In this document: one piece after another, positions 57,518 to 64,000 of the stretch | Layout of the letters: each line of letters opens with the position of its first letter | Position numbering within the stretch: position 1 is the first letter of the stretch | Origin: a bacterium | GTDB taxonomy: Bacteria > RBG-13-61-14 > DATKZS01 | Assembly (NCBI GenBank): GCA_963674965.2 | Contig: CAXXFL010000005.1 | Location: forward strand, 544,001-608,000 | DNA: 64,000 nucleotides | Reading direction: 5' to 3' | Translations under genes and position numbers: made by a program | The notes under the pieces: generated by a model | Databases searched by the model: none | The model's input: only the letters and a program-made list of their open reading frames with translations | Told to the model about the DNA's origin: nothing

Positions 57518-58387
57518 ATGAGCATTTTAGTAGACAAAAAAACCAAGGTAGTAGTGCAGGGAATCACGGGCAAAGAGGGAAAATTCCACGCGGAGCAGTG
57601 CATGGGATACGGCACGCACGTGGTGGCGGGGGTCACTCCGGGCAAGGGTGGCCAGGAGGTTCTGGGCGTTCCCATCTACAACTCCGTTGCGGAATCGGTT
57701 GAAAAAGCGGGCGCTAACTGCTCGATGATTTTCGTTCCGCCCCGATTCGCGGCCGACGCGATTATCGAGAGCGCGGCGGCGGGCGTTGACCTCATCGTCT
57801 GCATCACCGAGGGCATACCGGCGCGGGACATGATCCCGGCTTTCCATTTCGTGAAGAAGGAAGGGGTGACCTTAATCGGTCCGAACTGTCCCGGCGTGAT
57901 TTCTCCTGAGAAGGCCAAGGTCGGCATCATGCCCGGCCACATCCACAAGAAGGGCGAGATCGGGGTGGTGAGTCGCTCCGGCACTTTGACGTACGAGGTG
58001 GTTGCTCAGTTGTCGGACCAGGGTTTTGGTCAGAGCACGTGCGTTGGCATCGGTGGTGATCCCATAATAGGTACGACCTTTATCGACGTGCTTAAGCTTT
58101 TCAACAAGGACAAGCAGACCAAGGGCGTGGTCATGGTTGGCGAGATAGGCGGCTCGGCTGAGGAGGCGGCGGCGGAATACATCAAGGCGGAGTTTAAGAA
58201 ACCGGTGGCGTCCTTCATCGCGGGGGCGACGGCCCCTCCCGGCAGGCGCATGGGTCACGCGGGCGCCATCATCATGGGCGGCAAGGGAACGGCCACGGAC
58301 AAGATAGCGGCCCTCAAGTCGGCGGGCGTCAACGTGGCCTCGAGTCCGGCCATGATCGGCGCGGCCATGGCGGAGATGATGGCCTGA
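57518..58387 (+). CDS. sucD: Succinyl-CoA synthetase alpha subunit
   Basis: [24 protein letters not shown] and RMGHAGAI motifs. Confidence 0.97.
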   Translation: MSILVDKKTKVVVQGITGKEGKFHAEQCMGYGTHVVAGVTPGKGGQEVLGVPIYNSVAESVEKAGANCSMIFVPPRFAADAIIESAAAGVDLIVCITEGIPARDMIPAFHFVKKEGVTLIGPNCPGVISPEKAKVGIMPGHIHKKGEIGVVSRSGTLTYEVVAQLSDQGFGQSTCVGIGGDPIIGTTFIDVLKLFNKDKQTKGVVMVGEIGGSAEEAAAEYIKAEFKKPVASFIAGATAPPGRRMGHAGAIIMGGKGTATDKIAALKSAGVNVASSPAMIGAAMAEMMA

Positions 58388-58410
58388 GCGCCGTTATAAA
58401 ATTATCCATT

Positions 58411-58444
58411 CAGCCGGCGCCCGTGAGGGCGCTTGCTTTTTTTT
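58411..58444 (+). terminator. Intrinsic terminator after sucD
   Basis: GCGCCC-GTGA-GGGCGC hairpin followed by a T-run. Confidence 0.7.
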
Positions 58445-58479
58445 GGGCGCGCGGCTAAAAATGAGTCAAGGAGGCGAAG

Positions 58480-58899
58480 ATGAAGTTATCCGGGATGGAA
58501 CGAAAATGGGCGGAGAAAATGCTCGACGCCGTGATACCTCGAGGTGGAGAGGGACTTGCCGAGTCCTCCGCCTCGGACGGCGGCGCGGCCGAGATACTGG
58601 AAGAGATGGTTGCTTACCTTCCGGCCACGACGGGCCTGGGCCTGAGAGGCGCCATATGGTTCATCGAGTTCGTGGGCCCGCTATTCGGCGCCCGGAGGCT
58701 CACGCGGTTCTCATCCCTTGCCAATGAGGACGGGCAGAAGTGCCTGGCCGGCCTTTCCAAAAGCGACGTCTATTTTTTCCGCAACATGGTGCTTCTGGTG
58801 AAAAGCGTGGCCTGCATGGGCTGGGGCGCGGACGACCACGTTCGCGAGTCGCTGGGCATGCACGAGCCTCCAAAGTTCGTGACCAGGGAGGAGGGTTGA
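58480..58899 (+). CDS. Small GMC-associated protein (gluconate 2-dehydrogenase subunit 3-like)
   Basis: AVIP...RFSSL...LG pattern; directly upstream of a GMC oxidoreductase; AGGAGG RBS. Confidence 0.6.
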   Translation: MKLSGMERKWAEKMLDAVIPRGGEGLAESSASDGGAAEILEEMVAYLPATTGLGLRGAIWFIEFVGPLFGARRLTRFSSLANEDGQKCLAGLSKSDVYFFRNMVLLVKSVACMGWGADDHVRESLGMHEPPKFVTREEG

Positions 58900-58902
58900 G
58901 CC

Positions 58903-60435
58903 ATGGGCGCCGATAAAAGAGACAACGTCATCAGCGAGGCCCCGGGGAAGGGTAAGATTCGGGACGGGGCGGACTACGTGGTGATAGGCACGGGCCCGTC
59001 CGGGGCGACGGCCGCCCGGGTCCTTTCGGGGGCGGGTCACGACGTGGTGATGATTGAGGAGGGCCGCTGGATAGACTCGGAGGAGTTCGACGGCCGGGCC
59101 TATAACGCGCAGAAGACCGCCTACCGGGAGATGGGCACCATCGCCGCCATGGGCAAGAGCGTGATCCCTCTCATCCAGGGCCGCTGCGTGGGCGGCGGCT
59201 CGGTGATCAACGCGGCGATCATCTGGCGCCTCCCGGAGGACGTGTTCGGCCGCTGGGTGGAGGAGTTCGGTCTTGGAGAGGCCCTGACCTGGAAGGAGCT
59301 TGAGGAATGCTTCGACGTAATCGAGCAAGAGATCAACGTCAAGCCGGTCTCGCCCGAGTCTTGGGGCCGCCACAACGCTCTTTTCAAGGAGGGGGCGGAC
59401 AAGCTGGGGTACGAGTCCCGCGTGATTCCGCGCAATGAGAAGGGCTGTATGGGCATGGCCCAGTGCCTAACCGGTTGTCCGATCAAGGCCAAGCAGTCGA
59501 TGGACCTTACCTACGTCCCCCGCTCGCTGGAGCGGGGCGCGCGCCTTTATCATTCCTGCGAGGCCACGCATATAGACGTGGAGGCGGGCCGGGCCCGGGC
59601 GGTTCACGGTCGCTTCAGGGACCCTCTAACTGGAGAGAAGCGGGGTGGGCTCGTGGTCCACGCCAAGAAGGGGGTGGTGGTTTGCTGTTCGCCCATTCAG
59701 ACTCCGCTTTTGCTTGGCGGGTCGGGAATCGGCCTTGGCTCGGGCCATTTGGGCAAGCATCTTGCGGGCCATCCCGGCGCGGGTATCATGGGGGTGTTCC
59801 ATGACGAGGTCCGCATCTGGGAGGGAGCGACCCAGGGTTGGGACTCGGAGCATTTCCGCAAGAGCGACAAGGTCAAGTTCGAGTCGCTGGCTCTCAACCC
59901 GGACCTTCTGGCGGCCCGGATACCTGGCGTTGGCGCCGAGTACAAGATGATGGTGACGCGTGACTACGCTCGCATAGCCAACGTTGGCTGCGCCCTGGTG
60001 GCGGAGGCTGAGGGCGCGGTAAGAAGCGTCGCGGGCTCGGCCGTGGTCACTTACTCTCCCACGAAGGAGGACATAAGGAGGCTTCGGAAGGGTCTTCGCA
60101 TTATCGCGGGCGTCATGGTGGAGGCGGGGGCTGAGGAGATCATCCCCGGCGTTCACGGCCTTCCGGCTCGCCTGAAAAGAGACGAGATCGACCTTATCGA
60201 GGGCGCCTCGGCCAACGTCCAGGATTACACCATGGTGATGACCCACCTGTTCGGAACGGCCCGCATGGGCATAGACCCGACGCAAAGCGTGGTGGGACCT
60301 GACTTCCAGGTCCACGACACGAGCGGGGTCTACGTCCTCGACTCGTCCATTTTTCCCACCAACCTTGGCGTCAACCCCCAGCACGCCATCATGGCCATGG
60401 CCATGGCGGGAGCGAGGCGGATAGCGGCGGGGTGA
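58903..60435 (+). CDS. GMC family oxidoreductase
   Basis: GTGPSG, GRCVGGGSVIN, HLFGTARMG and FPTNLGVNP motifs. Confidence 0.92.
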   Translation: MGADKRDNVISEAPGKGKIRDGADYVVIGTGPSGATAARVLSGAGHDVVMIEEGRWIDSEEFDGRAYNAQKTAYREMGTIAAMGKSVIPLIQGRCVGGGSVINAAIIWRLPEDVFGRWVEEFGLGEALTWKELEECFDVIEQEINVKPVSPESWGRHNALFKEGADKLGYESRVIPRNEKGCMGMAQCLTGCPIKAKQSMDLTYVPRSLERGARLYHSCEATHIDVEAGRARAVHGRFRDPLTGEKRGGLVVHAKKGVVVCCSPIQTPLLLGGSGIGLGSGHLGKHLAGHPGAGIMGVFHDEVRIWEGATQGWDSEHFRKSDKVKFESLALNPDLLAARIPGVGAEYKMMVTRDYARIANVGCALVAEAEGAVRSVAGSAVVTYSPTKEDIRRLRKGLRIIAGVMVEAGAEEIIPGVHGLPARLKRDEIDLIEGASANVQDYTMVMTHLFGTARMGIDPTQSVVGPDFQVHDTSGVYVLDSSIFPTNLGVNPQHAIMAMAMAGARRIAAG

Positions 60436-60482
60436 GTTGGACGGGTTAGTGAAGCCCTCGGCCGGTCCGTGTTAAGCTAGGA

Positions 60483-60668
60483 GAGCCTCTTGCAAAATTC
60501 CCGCTTTGGAGTGCGGCGGCTCGACGCCGCTTTTCTTCCGAGCGGCTTGACGCGAGGCAAGCCGGTGTATTAATAGGCCTTGTCAAGCCAAGGCCCTCGA
60601 AAGCGGTCTCAAGCGACCGCACTCCAAAGCGGCTATGCCGCAAAGAAAAGGACTTTTGCAAGAAGCTC
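60483..60668. mobile_element. MITE with 15-bp TIRs, 4-bp AGGA target duplication and an internal REP-like inverted pair
   Basis: GAGCCTCTTGCAAAA ... TTTTGCAAGAAGCTC (14/15 match); AGGA at 60479-60482 and 60669-60672. Confidence 0.72.
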
Positions 60669-60747
60669 AGGAGAATAAGTTTTTAGAGTGCCTAACGATT
60701 GAGATGACGAATAACCGTACGAAAAATTTTCTTTATATACTTATTAT

Positions 60748-60792
60748 CCCAGGGTTGTCGCCCTGGGCATTAGGCCGCCGCCCCTTTGGGGC
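60748..60792 (+). repeat. REP-like double hairpin (third repeat family)
   Basis: CCCAGGG-TTGTCG-CCCTGGG and GCCCC-TTT-GGGGC. Confidence 0.5.
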
Positions 60793-60834
60793 AGTGAAAC
60801 CCTCTGCCCTATCATCCTGAATCATCCGTGAATC

Positions 60835-60985
60835 CTATATGAGCTTATAAACTCTTCCGGACTAAGGCCCACGACCAGTGTATTTTGGGCGTTGTCAGAC
60901 GCTGAGCGTTTCCTCGGTTACGGTGAAGTCCCGGGCCTCGTCCTCCTCGGCTTCCAACCACTCCCGGATAGCGGTCCTGACGTTG
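60835..60985 (-). pseudogene. Remnant of a hicB-hicA toxin-antitoxin pair
   Basis: Minus strand NVRTAIREWLEAEEDE...TLSV-stop, then (ACG)PKI and GLSPEEFI. Confidence 0.45.
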
Positions 60986-61028
60986 AAAAGGCGGCGCGAG
61001 ATAGATGCCCGCGCCGCCTTGAAAAAAA
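60984..61028. terminator. Terminator-like hairpin downstream of the thiolase
   Basis: AAGGCGGCGCG...CGCGCCGCCTT flanked by A/T runs. Confidence 0.65.
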
Positions 61029-61051
61029 GCCTCGGTATGAAACGAGATAAA

Positions 61052-62242
61052 TCAGTCCTCGATCTCGATAAGTCCGGCCGCTCCCATGCCGCCGCCGATG
61101 CACATGGAGACCACTCCGCGCTTGTTGCCGCGGCGCCGAAGCTGGTTGATGAGGGTGGCGGTCAGCTTGGCGCCGGTGCAACCGAGGGGGTGTCCGAGCG
61201 CGATGGCGCCGCCGCAGCAGTTGACGTCGTCCATCCTCTTGTCCAGGCCCAGCTCGCGGCAGCTATAAAGCGCCTGGGAGGCGAAGGCCTCGTTGATCTC
61301 GAAGTAGTCGATATCGTCCACGGTCAGTCCGGCTTTCTGGAGGAGCTTGGGAATGGCGTAACGCGGTCCCACTCCCATCTCGTCGGGGCGGTTGCCGGCG
61401 ACCTGGAAGTTGACGAACCTGGCGATGGGCTTGAGGCCCAGCTCGTTGGCCTTCTCCCTGCTCATGAGGAGGGTGGCCGCGGCGCCGTCGGTCATCTGGC
61501 TGGAGTTGCCGGCGGTGACGGAGCCGCCTTTCCAGAAGGCGGGCCGCAGCTTGCCCAGGGTCTCCATGGTGGTTCCCCTTCTCACGCCGTCGTCGGCGTC
61601 GAAGGTGAAGAACTCCTTGACCCTCTTGCCCTCGGGCGTCACCTTGTACTTGACCGCGTCCTTGATGGGCACGATCTCGTCGGCGAAATAGCCCTTGTCC
61701 TGGGCCTGGGCCGCCAGCTCGTTCGAGCGCACGGCGAACTCGTCCTGCATCTCGCGGGAGATGCCGTAGCGGTTGGCCACGTTCTCGGCGGTCGATCCCA
61801 TGGACATGTAGACGTCGGGGTATCCGTCTGTCCAGTCCGGGTCGGGACGGTTAATAAAGCCGCCCATTGGAACGCGGGTCATGCTCTCGACGCCGCCTCC
61901 GACGACTATGTCGTTCCAGCCGCACATGACGTTCTGGGCGGCCAGGGCGATGGCCTGGAGTCCGGACGAGCAAAAGCGGTTGACCACCATGCCGGGGACC
62001 TCGTCGGGGAAACCCGAAATCTGGGCCAGCACGCGGCCCACGTTGAGTCCCTGCTCGGCCTCGGGGAAAGAGCATCCGAAGATGACGTCGTCCACCAGCT
62101 TCTTGTCCAGACCGCCAATCTTCTCCCAGAGTCCGTCGATGGCGGCCTTGCCGATACGGTCGGCGCGAGTGTTCACGAGCGTGCCCCTCTTGGCGCGGGC
62201 GCCCGCGGTCCTTACCGATGCAATAATAACTGCTTCACGCAT
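61052..62242 (-). CDS. fadA: Acetyl-CoA C-acyltransferase (thiolase)
   Basis: NRFCSSGLQ, NEAFA, GHPLG and SMCIGGGMG motifs. Confidence 0.92.
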   Translation of the reverse strand: MREAVIIASVRTAGARAKRGTLVNTRADRIGKAAIDGLWEKIGGLDKKLVDDVIFGCSFPEAEQGLNVGRVLAQISGFPDEVPGMVVNRFCSSGLQAIALAAQNVMCGWNDIVVGGGVESMTRVPMGGFINRPDPDWTDGYPDVYMSMGSTAENVANRYGISREMQDEFAVRSNELAAQAQDKGYFADEIVPIKDAVKYKVTPEGKRVKEFFTFDADDGVRRGTTMETLGKLRPAFWKGGSVTAGNSSQMTDGAAATLLMSREKANELGLKPIARFVNFQVAGNRPDEMGVGPRYAIPKLLQKAGLTVDDIDYFEINEAFASQALYSCRELGLDKRMDDVNCCGGAIALGHPLGCTGAKLTATLINQLRRRGNKRGVVSMCIGGGMGAAGLIEIED

Positions 62243-62270
62243 TTTTGTTTCCTCCCAATCAACTCAGGCG

Positions 62271-64000
62271 TCAGTTCCTGAGGGGCTTGCCGGTCTTGAG
62301 CATGTGCTCGAGCCTGTCCTGGGTCTTTTGCTCGGCGCAAAGCTCGACGAACACCTCGCGCTCGAGCTCGAGTATGTAATCCTCGGGCACGTAGTCGTTC
62401 TCGGCCACGTAGCCGCCGCCCAGCACGTGGGCCAGCTTCCTCAGAATAAAGGCGTCGTACTCGCTGGCGTAGCCGCCCAGCACCATGTCCTGGACGAAGG
62501 CGTTGGCCACGCCCCGCAACTGGTCGCCCATGACCTGGATTTTCTCCTTGCGCGGAGGCTCGAAGCCGGCCTCGGCCATGAGCAGGACCTCCTTTTTGGC
62601 CACGCCGATGAGGTGGCGCTTGTTGAAGACGATCTTGTCCCACGGGCGCAGGAAGCCCAACTCGCGGGCGTTGCCGGCCGAGTTGGACACGGTGGCCGTG
62701 CCGATCATCTGCAGGAGGGGCGCGGTAAAGGGCTGGAGGTTGTTCATGGCCGCGTTCTTGGGCACGAAGTTCTGGTAGTTCTTGAGCAGGTTCATGCAGC
62801 CGCCGCCGGCGGGAATAAGTCCCACTCCGACCTCGACCAGTCCCATGAACAGGTCGTGATGGCATATCATCTTGTTGCAGCCCATGCCGACCTCGGCGCC
62901 GCCGCCCAGGGTCAAGCCGAAGGGGGCCGCCACCACGGGCACGGGAGAGTACTTCATGTACTGGTTGGTTTCCTGGAAGAACTTGACCGCCTCCTTGATC
63001 AGGTCCCACTCCTTGGCCTGGGCGCCCTGGAGCACCACGCTGATGTTGGCGCCGGCCGAGAAGGCCCCGGGCATGCCGCCGGCCTGGTTGCCGATGACCA
63101 CGCCCACGCCCTTTTCACAGGCCAGGTCCACGGCTTTTCTCATGATCTCCCACATGTCGTTGTCCAGGGAGTTCATGGGGCTGTGGTACTCGACCAGGTA
63201 CACGCCGTCGCCTATGTCGATAAGGGTGGCCGTGTTCCGGTGCTCGATGACCTTCTTCGCGTCCTTTTTCAGCTCGGCCAGGCTGATGACCTCGGGCGAC
63301 TCCTCGATGGCGACGTAGTCTTTTTTCTTGAAGTCGTAGGCCATCTTCTTGCCGCCTTTTTGCTTGTAAAAGGAGGTCTTCTTGGCGGCGATCATTTCCT
63401 TGATTTTCTTGGGAGGCTTGTAACCCATGGCCTCCATGTCATTGACGCTCTCCTTGAGTCCGATCCCGTCCCAGGCCTCGAAGGGGCCGACGTCGAAGTT
63501 GAAGCCCCATTTCATTCCGTTGTCGATCTCGGTGATGGAGTTGGCTATCTCGGGCACGCGGTCGGCGGCGTAGATGAGCTGCTCGTAGGTCGCCTTCTTG
63601 GCGAACTCACCCACTTTGCCCTCCGAGTTGATCACGGCCTTGACGCGCTCGCCGGGGTCGGCGATGAAGGCGAACATGGGCAGGTTGGCGAACTTCTCGC
63701 CGTCCTTTTCCTTGTACTCGAGGGTCTCGGGGTCGATGACGTGGAAGAGCCTCTTGTCCAGGCGCTTGTAGAAGCCGCCCTGGACCTTGTTGCCCAGGAG
63801 TCCCTTTTCCACCATCTTCTCGATCCAGGCGGGCAGGGTAAAGTAACGCTCGGCCTCGGGGGCCTTGACCCTGCCGGCCGTGTTGTGGGCCACGTGCACC
63901 AGGGTGTCCAGACCCACCAGGTCAGCCGTCTTGAAGAGGGCCGACTTGGGACGGGCCATGGGGGCGCCGAATATCTGGTCGGCCTCGTCGATCTTCATGC
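62271..64000 (-). CDS. 3-hydroxyacyl-CoA dehydrogenase / enoyl-CoA hydratase family protein (FadN-like); 5' end lies outside the window
   Basis: DLVGLDT, GPFEAWD, FSAGAN, LGGGAE, EVGVGLIPAGGG and TGKPLRN motifs. Confidence 0.9.
   Translation of the reverse strand, partial: MKIDEADQIFGAPMARPKSALFKTADLVGLDTLVHVAHNTAGRVKAPEAERYFTLPAWIEKMVEKGLLGNKVQGGFYKRLDKRLFHVIDPETLEYKEKDGEKFANLPMFAFIADPGERVKAVINSEGKVGEFAKKATYEQLIYAADRVPEIANSITEIDNGMKWGFNFDVGPFEAWDGIGLKESVNDMEAMGYKPPKKIKEMIAAKKTSFYKQKGGKKMAYDFKKKDYVAIEESPEVISLAELKKDAKKVIEHRNTATLIDIGDGVYLVEYHSPMNSLDNDMWEIMRKAVDLACEKGVGVVIGNQAGGMPGAFSAGANISVVLQGAQAKEWDLIKEAVKFFQETNQYMKYSPVPVVAAPFGLTLGGGAEVGMGCNKMICHHDLFMGLVEVGVGLIPAGGGCMNLLKNYQNFVPKNAAMNNLQPFTAPLLQMIGTATVSNSAGNARELGFLRPWDKIVFNKRHLIGVAKKEVLLMAEAGFEPPRKEKIQVMGDQLRGVANAFVQDMVLGGYASEYDAFILRKLAHVLGGGYVAENDYVPEDYILELEREVFVELCAEQKTQDRLEHMLKTGKPLRN

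Overview
GC-rich bacterial chromosomal window; the gene content looks deltaproteobacterial or myxobacterial and probably anaerobic, which is an inference. Most of it is housekeeping and lipid/fatty-acid metabolism: a FadF-like Fe-S oxidoreductase, hflX, hisF, thrB, corA, class I lysS, prfB, tmk, coaE, ribF, leuS, sucD, thiolase and 3-hydroxyacyl-CoA dehydrogenase, plus tRNA-Gly, -Asp and -Val. Notable accessory content: (1) a Fic gene islet between tRNAs with operator-like repeats and a multi-hairpin non-coding element; (2) an AT-rich three-gene tract (12.1-16.5 kb), including a 963-aa P-loop NTPase, in which each stop codon abuts a copy or fragment of a REP-like palindrome family that also forms a ~1 kb tandem array at 26.5-27.5 kb; (3) a gene cluster with two paralogous lipoprotein/coiled-coil/TM proteins, a MshEN protein and an N-terminally extended PilB; (4) prfB with a non-canonical GUU-UGA frameshift site; (5) a ~3,500-aa mosaic exported protein with a clan CD (C13/caspase-like) peptidase and a dockerin-like tail; (6) a MITE with TIRs and a 4-bp TSD, next to a hicBA relic; (7) strong CTCGAG over-representation in core genes. 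All family assignments come from motif recognition by eye; no database searches were run.
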